Part shown: in pieces, positions 1-8,666 of the stretch
Layout: each line of letters begins with the position of its first letter
Position numbering within the stretch: position 1 is the stretch's first letter
NCBI GenBank assembly: GCA_942492085.1
Contig: CALODB010000007.1
Span: 16,030 to 80,029 of the forward strand
Direction of reading: 5' to 3'
DNA from: an uncultured Desulfovibrionaceae bacterium
GTDB taxonomy: Bacteria > Desulfobacterota > Desulfovibrionia > Desulfovibrionales > Desulfovibrionaceae
Length of the DNA: 64,000 nt
Notes under the pieces: model-generated
Database searches by the model: none
What the model was told of the DNA's origin: nothing
Seen by the model: the letters and a program-made list of their open reading frames with translations, nothing else
Program-made: the position numbers and the translations under genes

Positions 1-11
1 TTTTCACAGGA

Positions 12-50
12 CACAAAAAAAGAGTGCGCCTTAAAATGGCACACTCTTTC
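12..50 (-). terminator. Rho-independent terminator read on the minus strand
   Basis: Stem AAAGAGTGCGCC (19-30) pairs with GGCACACTCTTT (38-49), one mismatch, 7-nt loop. On the minus strand the hairpin is followed by a T-run (plus-strand A-run 14-21). Confidence 0.7.
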
Positions 51-241
51 GTCAGAATATTTTACAATTGATGTAATTTTTTTTTACAGTCCAACTTATT
101 GAGTACACATACATATACATACGGGCTTTGCACTTCAAGCAATCGCCAACCAATCAGGTAGCGCAGTTCTCTGCACTCCCGCCCACTTGAACCAACGAGC
201 TATTAGACACCACACTCGCCTTTGAAAACAAAACCAGAATC

Positions 242-1639
242 CTAACGCCCGTTCTCTTTAAGCCCATACTTTTCAATTCTACCAAGCAGGGTTGGTCTGG
301 ACATTCCAAGCAATTTTGCCGCGCGGGTTTTGTTCCATGAAGCCAGTTCAAGTGCTTCAGAAATTACAATCGCCCCAAAGCGATCTGCAAGCGTTTCAAA
401 AGTCTTTTCGTGATGTTCTGTAAGCAACGTGCGTGTCACCCATGAGCGAATATCTTCCTCATCACCGACAGTTTGAGGCGTTGAAGCAACTCCGTCCACA
501 AGCTTCACAAAATCGTCTTTGCCCAGCGGGAGACCACGGCTAAAAATGAGCGCCTTATGCATTTTATTGCTTAACTCACGAACATTGCCCGGCCATGAAT
601 ATTTTCGCATCATCGCCAAGGCTTCATCGGTCAACCCGGGATTATGCATATCTGATGCGCTGGAATGCATGGACAAAAAATGCTCAGCCAACATGGGAAT
701 ATCCTCTGTTCGCTCTCGAATTGGAGGAAGCGGGATGTTTACGACATTCAAACGGTAGTACAAATCTTCCCTGAACTCCCCATTTGCAACGGCCTGCTCC
801 AAATCTTTATTTGTAGCAGCAAGAACTCGAACATCTACAGAGATAGGATGACTGCCACCAAGTCGCTCTACTTGCCGTTCCTGTAGTAATCGTAAAATTT
901 TAGCTTGAATTGAAGTCGGCATATCTCCGATTTCATCTAAGAAAACTGTTCCACCGTTTGCCAGTTCAATCTTGCCTGCTTTACGATGAGACGCACCGGT
1001 GAACGCGCCCTTTTCATACCCGAACAACTCACTCTCAAGTAACGTATCTGGAATAGCAACACAGTTAATAACTTGAAACGGTGCTTTTGAGCGTGAGCTG
1101 TGCTTATGGATCGCCTGTGCCACAAGCTCCTTACCAGTACCGGACTCTCCACGTATAAGTATGGTGGCATCCGTTGGTGCAGCTCTTCCTATTTTTTTAC
1201 AGACATCCTGCATCGCTCTACTTTTTCCAAGAAGAATAGGTGTATTTGACGGCATGGGGGCAGTACGGGCATGAGCAGAAGCAGCTTGAATTGCTTTTTC
1301 GATAAGAGAGAGAATCTCAGGAACATCAAAGGGTTTCATGACATAGTCAAACGCACCCATTTTTGTAGATTCAATGGCTGTGTCAGTGGTGCCGTATGCC
1401 GTCATAATAAGAACCGGGAGATCAGGATACAACGCACGGAGAGCTTTAAAAGTCTCAAGCCCGTTCATACCCGGAAGGCGAACATCCAACACGGCAATGT
1501 CCGGTCTTTCTTTTTCGGCCAACTCTACACCAGTTTCACCGCAATGCGCTTCCACAACCTCATACCCTTCAGCACGAAGAATATTTTGAAAACTTTTACG
1601 TAACTGAGCGTCATCATCGACTAAGAGAATTTTTGCCAT
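242..1639 (-). CDS. Sigma54-dependent response regulator (NtrC family enhancer-binding protein)
   Basis: 465-aa ORF. N-terminal receiver domain (KILLVDDD, DVRLPGMNG), AAA+ sigma54-interaction domain (GESGTGKE Walker A, GAFTGA loop in YEKGAFTGA), C-terminal Fis-type HTH (AAKLLGMSRPTL). Confidence 0.92.
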   Translation of the reverse strand: MAKILLVDDDAQLRKSFQNILRAEGYEVVEAHCGETGVELAEKERPDIAVLDVRLPGMNGLETFKALRALYPDLPVLIMTAYGTTDTAIESTKMGAFDYVMKPFDVPEILSLIEKAIQAASAHARTAPMPSNTPILLGKSRAMQDVCKKIGRAAPTDATILIRGESGTGKELVAQAIHKHSSRSKAPFQVINCVAIPDTLLESELFGYEKGAFTGASHRKAGKIELANGGTVFLDEIGDMPTSIQAKILRLLQERQVERLGGSHPISVDVRVLAATNKDLEQAVANGEFREDLYYRLNVVNIPLPPIRERTEDIPMLAEHFLSMHSSASDMHNPGLTDEALAMMRKYSWPGNVRELSNKMHKALIFSRGLPLGKDDFVKLVDGVASTPQTVGDEEDIRSWVTRTLLTEHHEKTFETLADRFGAIVISEALELASWNKTRAAKLLGMSRPTLLGRIEKYGLKENGR

Positions 1640-3105
1640 TTGTTCCCTCTTGTTGCAGGAAGCGCGAGTAAGAATGTTGTGCCCTGATTTTCAGAAGACG
1701 TTACATGCAACCAGCCGCCATGCTCTTCCACAATCCGTTTTGCAATGGCAAGCCCGAGCCCTGAACCTTCTTCTTTTGTACTGAAAAACGGTTCAAAAAT
1801 TTTCTCAATAACATCCTCAGCAATCCCCGGCCCTGTATCTTCGATTCTGATAAAAACGATTGTTCCAAGCGGCTCAACTACATCCGTTTTCTCTGTAATG
1901 GTAATTGAGCCCCCTTGAACCATTGCATCACAAGCGTTCAGAATCAAGTTAACAAGTGTTTCCTTTAACTGCCCTCCATCAATAGGAATCGCAGGCAAAA
2001 GTCCAGTTCGTTCAACAGCAACATTTACTTCCTGTGACTCAAACCGGTGTTTAAGTAGCCTGAGTGCTGTATCAACAACTTCGGACGGACTTTGAATTTT
2101 CGCTTTCAATTCTGGACGTCGGGCAAATTCAAGAAAATTTTTCATGATATTATCGATATGCAAAATTTCCTCGCTCACAACATCAAAGTCATCCTGTTGC
2201 TGTGCATCCAGCCGTAACGACCTTTCCAAAGAAAACAATCGCATCTTTACAGAGGTGAGCGGATTACGAATAGAATGAGCAACCCCCGCTGCAAGCTTGC
2301 CGACAAGCGCCATTTTTTCCGACTGAAGGAGGGTTTCCTTATTCGCATCAAGCTCTTTCTGAGTATCATCAATATGTATAATTAACGACTCTAATTTATT
2401 ACTTAATGTCAGCACATCGTTTTTGGTGGAAGGAGAAGCACTGTCACCAATCTCATCCGTGGCATGAGCAAGATTTCGAATAGGATCTAAAATTTTTCTG
2501 TATAAAAAGACGATAAGGAACAGTTCGATAATTGCCGACAAAATCAAACCGGCCATGATGACTTTATTGACTATCTTTGCTTCTTCCGAAAATTCCTTAC
2601 GGTTCATCTCGATAGCCTGCACATAGAGCGCTCTAAACTCTTTGCATAAAAGCAACAAGGTATTGAATTCATCACGAATTTTCCAATGCAGATCAGCCCC
2701 AATCTCCGGCTTTCCCTGCTTGTAGCTTTCGATAACCTCTTTTCTGCTGGTATCATATTCTTTATACAATGATTCCAATTCAGAAAGAACAAGCAAACTT
2801 TCTGCAGAAAAAGCAGATTCTTTTGCTTTTGTAAGCCATCCTTCAAATAATTCGCGTTTAGAATCGAGCTCTTTTAACCATGAATCATCATGTGAAAGTA
2901 GATAGTAAGTAGTGTTGCCCTTTTGATCCATCAATGACGCAGACAGACCATGTGATGCTTCCAACGCTGCCACATTTTTAGCAGAAAGCTGCACTTGCAG
3001 ACTTTGCGTCCGGTTGGTGTACCACAATGTTATGCCCGCACCAATGAGGTTTAGAACAATAACACAGAATAGTAACAACGCGATTCTAGTGCGTAATGAA
3101 AACAT
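1621..3105 (-). CDS. Sensor histidine kinase (two TM segments, coiled-coil/HAMP-like linker, HisKA + HATPase_c)
   Basis: H-box AAGVAHSIRNPL; ATPase boxes NLILNACDA, DTGPGI, GSGLGLAIAK. The ORF runs to 3201, but the ATG at 3105 (MFSLRTRIALLLF) immediately precedes the first TM helix. The 3-prime end overlaps the NtrC start by 19 nt. Confidence 0.85.
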   Translation of the reverse strand: MFSLRTRIALLLFCVIVLNLIGAGITLWYTNRTQSLQVQLSAKNVAALEASHGLSASLMDQKGNTTYYLLSHDDSWLKELDSKRELFEGWLTKAKESAFSAESLLVLSELESLYKEYDTSRKEVIESYKQGKPEIGADLHWKIRDEFNTLLLLCKEFRALYVQAIEMNRKEFSEEAKIVNKVIMAGLILSAIIELFLIVFLYRKILDPIRNLAHATDEIGDSASPSTKNDVLTLSNKLESLIIHIDDTQKELDANKETLLQSEKMALVGKLAAGVAHSIRNPLTSVKMRLFSLERSLRLDAQQQDDFDVVSEEILHIDNIMKNFLEFARRPELKAKIQSPSEVVDTALRLLKHRFESQEVNVAVERTGLLPAIPIDGGQLKETLVNLILNACDAMVQGGSITITEKTDVVEPLGTIVFIRIEDTGPGIAEDVIEKIFEPFFSTKEEGSGLGLAIAKRIVEEHGGWLHVTSSENQGTTFLLALPATRGNKWQKFS

Positions 3106-3235
3106 GTTTACAACCTTTTTACTGCTTTCCATAAAAAGATAACGGGCCGACCTAATCATGCAGGTAGACCCATTATACAAGTGCGCCAATGCCATAACCA
3201 ATATCTACTCTGTGCATTCCACACAGGAGCCATCT

Positions 3236-3616
3236 CTATGGTTCAACACTTATCTGCTCGAACGCTGCCATGATCGTAATAATAAGTGTTTCAAAATCTA
3301 CAGGCTTTGTCATGTAAGCAAAAGCGCCTAATTGCATTGCCCGCGTTTTTTCTTTTTCACCACCATGACCAGTTACAATAATGACCTGAACATTTGGGTA
3401 GTTTTCTTTGACCCGTTCAAGCACTTCCAGTCCATTGATGCCCGGCATCATTATGTCGAGCAACATAACATCCGGAACTCCTTCTTTTACAATAGATAAC
3501 GCTGTTTCACCGTCTAACGCAACTGTTGAGCCAAAATCACGCAGACGTAAACGCTCTGCCAGAGTTTCTACAAAGTCCTGTTCATCATCCACAAGCAATA
3601 GCTTTATTTCGCGCAT
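3236..3616 (-). CDS. Single-domain response regulator (CheY-like receiver)
   Basis: 126-aa ORF with receiver signature (KLLLVDDE, LLDIMMPGINGLEV, TGHG, KP). No output domain. Confidence 0.9.
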   Translation of the reverse strand: MREIKLLLVDDEQDFVETLAERLRLRDFGSTVALDGETALSIVKEGVPDVMLLDIMMPGINGLEVLERVKENYPNVQVIIVTGHGGEKEKTRAMQLGAFAYMTKPVDFETLIITIMAAFEQISVEP

Positions 3617-3633
3617 CGCTACTCAACTCCACG

Positions 3634-4014
3634 TTAAATGGTTACAAGACCATAGCGTATCTGATCTGGTCTAAGTCCTACTGTTTCCATAAAGGACATA
3701 AATTCGTACTCGCGTTCAGCCTGCGGAACCTCTTTACCCATAAGCTGCAACGCAACTTCCGGCTGTCCAGCTTCTGCAAACGTCAACGGAACAAAATAGT
3801 TATCCATCATGTCAAAAACAGTTGATTCTTTTTCGCGGCCAACACGTGCAGTCCAGTCACCTTCTGTCATTGCTGCACACACCATTTGCTCTTCAAACCA
3901 CCCTTCTGCAGGGCTTGGAAGTTTTGCAATATCCCGTGCTATGGAATGAAAGCCTGCTTCTGCAAACGTAGCTGCTGTAAACGAATTTTCAAGAAACATA
4001 AAAACATTCTGCAT
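3634..4014 (-). CDS. Hypothetical 126-aa protein with an internal duplication (TFAEAG motif twice)
   Basis: ORF sits 17 nt upstream of the CheY gene inside the signalling operon. Repeats are FLENSFTAATFAEAGFHSIA and MMDNYFVPLTFAEAGQPEVA. I recognise no family. Confidence 0.6.
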   Translation of the reverse strand: MQNVFMFLENSFTAATFAEAGFHSIARDIAKLPSPAEGWFEEQMVCAAMTEGDWTARVGREKESTVFDMMDNYFVPLTFAEAGQPEVALQLMGKEVPQAEREYEFMSFMETVGLRPDQIRYGLVTI

Positions 4015-4099
4015 GACGACCTCCTTAATGCTCTGTCGTTGCTGAGACCACCCCCATGTGGCGAGCTACTTCAGCGACGATTCAACACATTTTGTAATC

Positions 4100-5812
4100 C
4101 TACGCCTTTGACTCAGCTGAAAACGGCAATGTTATTGTGAAAACACTTCCAGTTCCCACATGGCTGGTTACTGAAATATCACCACCTAACTTTCGGATAA
4201 TGCCGTATGAAATAGCTAATCCGAGTCCGTTTCCGGCGTTTCTTTTTGTGGTAAAAAATGGTTCAAATATTCGGCTCATGGTGTCTTCGCTCATGCCGCA
4301 ACCATCATCACCGATAATAATTTTGACTCCGTTTTCTACGGTTTTACTTTCAACATATATGACTCCGCCTTCATCCACTGCTTCCAGAGAGTTGCTTACA
4401 ATATTAAGAAATACCTGCTGCAACTGCCCTTTATCGGACTCAATTTCTGACAACGATTCTTCCAACATCATATTTATAGAGATTGAACGTTTAGTGATTT
4501 CTTTTTCCAAGAATTCAAGCACTTCGCTCACAACCTCATTCACATTTAAACATTCATTTTTTGCTTCAACTTTACGGGCAAATCCAAGGAGCCTGTGCGT
4601 AATTGCGCTACACCGCTCTACTGATGAAGTAATTCCATTTATCTGCCGTTCAAGCACACCAGTGACCTCGCCTGCAGGCGATCTCATCAGAATATCCATC
4701 ATCAATCCGGATTTTTCTTTTATGACGGCAAGCGGATTATTGATTTCATGCGCAACGCCAGCAGCCAGACGACCGATTGAGGATAGTTTTTGCGTGTGCT
4801 CAATTTCCTTCAGTATATTTTCACGACATTCATCCGCGAGCATAAGCTGGCGAATAAGTACATTTGTCAGCCCAAAGGCAACAATGGTGATGAGCATTGC
4901 GCCGCCAATGAGGACAACGAGTAAATCAGTGCGTAACGAGAACCATGCTCCGGTTGCCTGAGCAGCAGGACGTACCGCCATCAACACAAATTCAGGCTGC
5001 ATAAAGTTTACGTAGGTAGCAGAAAAATCACCTTTATCTGTCGATATGAGTTCATTACCGCCTCGGTATTCTGCGTGAGGCAATTGGAACGGAACAGAGC
5101 TTAATACAGAGCCGAACAATCGAGATTCCGTTTGAAGTACTCTGTTTTTGTTGAGTAGAAATGCATCCACCCCAGGGGCTAAGTTCATAAAGGAAATAAG
5201 CTTCGAAAACGGCTCCGTTTCGATGGTTGCCCGTAAAACCCACGGCTCACCACCTTCGGTTGCACTCTCAACCGCGATGGCAATATGAGGCAATTTTCGG
5301 TAGCCCAAAAACACACTACTTATATATGTCCCACGCACTCTGGTTTCATTGAACCAATCATGCTCTGAATAATCATTTCCCAACAAATTATATGGTCCGG
5401 CATAGGCAACTTGTTTTCCTTCAGAATTGATCAACCCTAAATCAACAAGCCCTTCAAATTCCTGTTTTGCCGTATGAAATATCTTCCTGATGCTCTGTGT
5501 ATCTGAAAGCTCTTCAAAGCTATGTGTTGCTGCAATAAAGCTCACAGCAGAAAGACGTTCGTTCAAATACAATTCAAAAGAATATTTCGTTTTATTTACA
5601 AGACTCAGCATGGAAAGACGCTGTTCTTTATCCAACGAAGATTTGTAGATATGAAAATTAATCAGTGCCATAAGGCACAATGGAACAAGAGCGACCACCC
5701 CGAACAGACCAATCATTTTAAACCGCAGCAGATTGTACCGCCGCAATCCGGCTTCTTCTTTGGGCACAAAGTACTTCACAAAAAAATTTGATAACCGGCT
5801 TAATGCAATCAT
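4100..5812 (-). CDS. Sensor histidine kinase with extracytoplasmic Cache-like domain
   Basis: 570 aa. A TM helix, an extracytoplasmic segment of about 250 aa and a second TM helix, then H-box AAGVAHEINNPL and ATPase boxes NIVSNSLEA, DDGCGM, GNGLGLAISY. Confidence 0.88.
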   Translation of the reverse strand: MIALSRLSNFFVKYFVPKEEAGLRRYNLLRFKMIGLFGVVALVPLCLMALINFHIYKSSLDKEQRLSMLSLVNKTKYSFELYLNERLSAVSFIAATHSFEELSDTQSIRKIFHTAKQEFEGLVDLGLINSEGKQVAYAGPYNLLGNDYSEHDWFNETRVRGTYISSVFLGYRKLPHIAIAVESATEGGEPWVLRATIETEPFSKLISFMNLAPGVDAFLLNKNRVLQTESRLFGSVLSSVPFQLPHAEYRGGNELISTDKGDFSATYVNFMQPEFVLMAVRPAAQATGAWFSLRTDLLVVLIGGAMLITIVAFGLTNVLIRQLMLADECRENILKEIEHTQKLSSIGRLAAGVAHEINNPLAVIKEKSGLMMDILMRSPAGEVTGVLERQINGITSSVERCSAITHRLLGFARKVEAKNECLNVNEVVSEVLEFLEKEITKRSISINMMLEESLSEIESDKGQLQQVFLNIVSNSLEAVDEGGVIYVESKTVENGVKIIIGDDGCGMSEDTMSRIFEPFFTTKRNAGNGLGLAISYGIIRKLGGDISVTSHVGTGSVFTITLPFSAESKA

Positions 5813-5875
5813 TTACACATCCACACTATAGAAAGTCATTACAGGGCTTATGGTCATTCCACTTGATGGGATAAA

Positions 5876-5891
5876 GGCAAAACGCATGCCA
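5876..5891 (-). promoter_or_regulatory. Sigma54 (-24/-12) promoter for the signalling operon
   Basis: Minus strand reads TGGCATGCGTTTTGCC, i.e. TGGCAT-N5-TTGC with canonical GG-N10-GC spacing. It lies about 60 nt upstream of the ATG at 5812. Confidence 0.65.
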
Positions 5892-6364
5892 TACTTTTAA
5901 TATTTAAAAACAGATACTTATATTTTCAACTCATGGTAATTAGGCAAAAAAAACGTCAGGTCTTTTTACAATCGTAAAAAAAACTGACGGATACATTGGC
6001 AAGATCTGGACTACCAACAACCAGTACTAACGGCTTCCCTAAAAGGCCTTACGCTTTTTAATCACACAAAATTACGTAGCACATTTAATCATAAATACTT
6101 CTGACAGACAGGTGCCCGTTGCTTTTCTGCGCTGATCTAACATTTGATTGTCCCGAACACATTCTCAAAAAATACCAAGCCTTTTATTTGTTATAAAAAA
6201 ATATGATTCTTGAGTCTCCCTCAACCTGCTAAAGTTGTACGGCGCCCCCCCTTAACCACTTGATTTCCTACGAATCAAGTTCCAAAATTCTAATTGGACT
6301 TTTTACGCCAGAGTCGTATATTTATAATACGGTTTTTTTATAACTTAAACTTCAGGAGTCAGCC

Positions 6365-6580
6365 ATGCTCGTTGATTGTTTCAAAGATGCTGACAATTCG
6401 TTCAAGGTGTATTTTTGTTCCGCGAACAAAAGACATGAAGCCATTCCAGAGACGGCGCAACTTGTGAGTTCGCAGCCCATTGAAAAATGGCAATGTGCAG
6501 CGCTTTACAGAAGCTACAACATCTTTGAGGAAATCCAGAGCCAAGGGGTCTGTATTGTTGACCACGACGTTAAAGGTTAG
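6365..6580 (+). CDS. Hypothetical small protein (71 aa)
   Basis: AGGAG lies 6 nt upstream of the ATG, and a strong terminator hairpin follows at 6598-6630. I recognise no family; any resemblance to YcgL-type small proteins is too weak to call. Confidence 0.5.
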   Translation: MLVDCFKDADNSFKVYFCSANKRHEAIPETAQLVSSQPIEKWQCAALYRSYNIFEEIQSQGVCIVDHDVKG

Positions 6581-6592
6581 CCCGAATTTCTA

Positions 6593-6640
6593 TAAAAATG
6601 TCCCGCACGAGAACAACTCATGCGGGACATTTTGCGTTTG
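6593..6640. terminator. Bidirectional rho-independent terminator between convergent genes
   Basis: Stem ATGTCCCGCACGAG (6598-6611) pairs with CTCATGCGGGACAT (6617-6630), one mismatch. A-run upstream and T-rich tract downstream, so it works on both strands. Confidence 0.8.
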
Positions 6641-6733
6641 TAATAAACAAGAAACGTACGCGAAAACCTATGGATAACCATCAGTACGATTACACAGACA
6701 GTCTTGTAGTTCGCTTTCTAGTTCGCGTTGGCG

Positions 6734-8560
6734 CTAGACAACAAACTGAATTTCGCTCTCAGAAATATTTTGCCCTATTGCAATCAAAAAGTCGGACATT
6801 GCATCTGAAGGATGCGGGGTAATATCATATCGCCCTGCCACATACTGAACAACGCTCAGGTTTTCATCACCTGCGAAAGTCAGTGCGCCTTTAACGCGAT
6901 AGACTTTTTCGGGAAGAGCCTGAATCCATGCCTCAAAAGCCTCCCGCTTAATTTCTTTCGGAAGTTTAATTGAGATAGAAGACATATTGTCGTGCGTATG
7001 ATTGCGTAAATCTGTCAGCAACAATGGCATCCTTTTCTCCCTCACATTTCGAGGGACGTCAGATTCCAATGCAGAAGGATGTACATCACCATGAACTGTC
7101 TCCAGAACAGACGCCCGAGGGTTCATTCTACGGATCTCTTCATGAAGATCTATCAGCTGCTCTTGTGTGACCAGATCAACTTTATTCAACAGAATCGTAT
7201 CTGCCATGGCAGCCTGACTCCGTGCGACTTCAAAGCTCTTCAGGCACCGCACACCTGCTTCAGCATCAAAGACCGTAGTTACGGAATCAAAAACAATCAG
7301 GTCTTCCAACTCTGCAATCTCTGAAAGCAGGTTAGCAGGATTTGCAAGTCCTGTTGTTTCCACAACAATATAATCCGGCTGAAATACCTGCGTAAGTTCA
7401 ATCGCTGCTGCTTTTAATGAGCCAACAAGCGAACAACATACACAGCCTTCATCAACCTCTGTTACGGCATATTCCTGCCCGAGGATTTTGCCATCCAGCC
7501 CTTGCTTGCCTATTTCGTTCTGTACAACAGCTACAAACTGATTTCGTGCAATCTGGTACTCAATGAATTCTCGTAAAAAGCTTGTTTTTCCTGAACCTAA
7601 AAAGCCTGTCAGAATAATAAGTCGCGGCTTATCCACAATTCCGAGTACTTTTTTATCAAGGCTCTTGCTTTGTGAATCCGGCAGCGACTGCCACCAATCT
7701 TCTCCAGAATATTCTTCTGGAATCGGCTCATCGTGGCACCAAATATTCTGCCACGAGTCAGTCCATGACGCGTCATACAGGACGACGTTCGCACTATTTG
7801 GAATAGTGCCGTACTCAAGTACCAGTTGTCTCTCGAGCTCATCCGTGTCCGGAACCGCATAACATGCACCCTTGGCAGTATAGTGAACCATACGCCCTTC
7901 GCGGATACGCTGCATCATCCTCCCCGGTTGATGCTGCATACAGTACGAAGTTGAAGCCGCAAGTACCCGGAAAAAATCGTATGCCATATCCCAAGCGGGA
8001 ATATTCTGATCAAAATCTCCGGCAGCAATTACTTCTGCCAACTCTGTACCCTCTCCGGCTACCACGCCATCGACAGCAACAGATGCTAAACGCGATGAAG
8101 ACTCCAAACCTAACGTAAAGCCTGTTCCATCCGGTAAAACCGCGACATGCACAGCACCTATGGTAAATGCATCACACAAGGCTTCATGCTTCACGTACTC
8201 ACGCAGCAACGTTTTATATTCATTCAACTGCGTAATCAGTCCTGCCTGAACAGAAAATGATTCAACTATGTCCTCATCCGGCTGAGGGAAATAACTTACG
8301 GGAAAAACACCAACCGAAACTCCGCCCTGTTCCATAACAGTTGCACGACGAATTCCAAATACGCCGGAATACCCCGCAAGTTTCATCGTCCATGCATCAG
8401 AAGCGAAACAGCAGTCTTTAACACCGCGCCACCCTAACTGAAAACGGATTCCAGGAATAAAATTAGAACGAACAATTATTGCCTTCAGCACTTCTGATGC
8501 CGCAACATCTGGAACCTGTAAGGCAACCTGAGGGCAGATGGAATGTGGAATGACGCGCAT
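6734..8560 (-). CDS. COG0523-family G3E GTPase (CobW/YjiA-like metallochaperone) fused to an uncharacterised N-terminal region of about 300 aa
   Basis: C-terminal half has the P-loop GFLGSGKTS, the CxCC metal motif (EGCVCCSL), ETTGLANP, NKVDL and a CobW_C-like tail. The ATG at 8560 is preceded by AGGAG; the ORF itself extends to 8620. I match the N-terminal half to nothing. Confidence 0.8.
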   Translation of the reverse strand: MRVIPHSICPQVALQVPDVAASEVLKAIIVRSNFIPGIRFQLGWRGVKDCCFASDAWTMKLAGYSGVFGIRRATVMEQGGVSVGVFPVSYFPQPDEDIVESFSVQAGLITQLNEYKTLLREYVKHEALCDAFTIGAVHVAVLPDGTGFTLGLESSSRLASVAVDGVVAGEGTELAEVIAAGDFDQNIPAWDMAYDFFRVLAASTSYCMQHQPGRMMQRIREGRMVHYTAKGACYAVPDTDELERQLVLEYGTIPNSANVVLYDASWTDSWQNIWCHDEPIPEEYSGEDWWQSLPDSQSKSLDKKVLGIVDKPRLIILTGFLGSGKTSFLREFIEYQIARNQFVAVVQNEIGKQGLDGKILGQEYAVTEVDEGCVCCSLVGSLKAAAIELTQVFQPDYIVVETTGLANPANLLSEIAELEDLIVFDSVTTVFDAEAGVRCLKSFEVARSQAAMADTILLNKVDLVTQEQLIDLHEEIRRMNPRASVLETVHGDVHPSALESDVPRNVREKRMPLLLTDLRNHTHDNMSSISIKLPKEIKREAFEAWIQALPEKVYRVKGALTFAGDENLSVVQYVAGRYDITPHPSDAMSDFLIAIGQNISESEIQFVV

Positions 8561-8666
8561 AAAAACTCCTGAGGACCGCCTGAAGCCCCTTTCGGGAGCG
8601 TAGTGCTTCAGGCGGTACAAATGGACTTACTATCCCCTTGGTAGGGAGTGCAGGGGAGTTAGGGAG

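Noticed and set aside
100-122. Simple ACAT/ATAC repeat (ACACATACATATACATAC).
   Set aside because: It is very short low-complexity sequence with no flanking features suggesting function.
125-222. tRNA-like impression from a GGTTCAAGT T-loop-like string downstream of the NtrC gene.
   Set aside because: I could not build acceptor, D or T stems on either strand, so there is no cloverleaf. It is treated only as part of a possible 3-prime UTR or sRNA.
154-351. 65-aa minus-strand ORF overlapping the NtrC 3-prime end.
   Set aside because: It overlaps a well-supported gene in another frame, has no RBS and has an odd composition.
4137-4961. 274-aa plus-strand ORF inside the Cache histidine kinase gene. 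Similar long antisense ORFs occur at 36291-36842, 43708-44241, 59880-60500, 61130-61855, 58917-59456 and 37285-37749.
   Set aside because: All lie antisense to genes with strong family motifs. They have low-complexity Ser/Thr/Pro/Arg-rich translations, no RBS and no motif. These are typical shadow ORFs.
6296-6310. Sigma54-like motif TGGACTTTTTACGC upstream of the small gene at 6365. Similar motifs occur at 49703-49716 (TGGCATAGCTGAGC, upstream of eptA) and at about 137-152 (minus strand TGGTTGGCGATTGC).
   Set aside because: All have GG-N9-GC spacing, one base short of the canonical GG-N10-GC, so they are unlikely to be functional sigma54 promoters.
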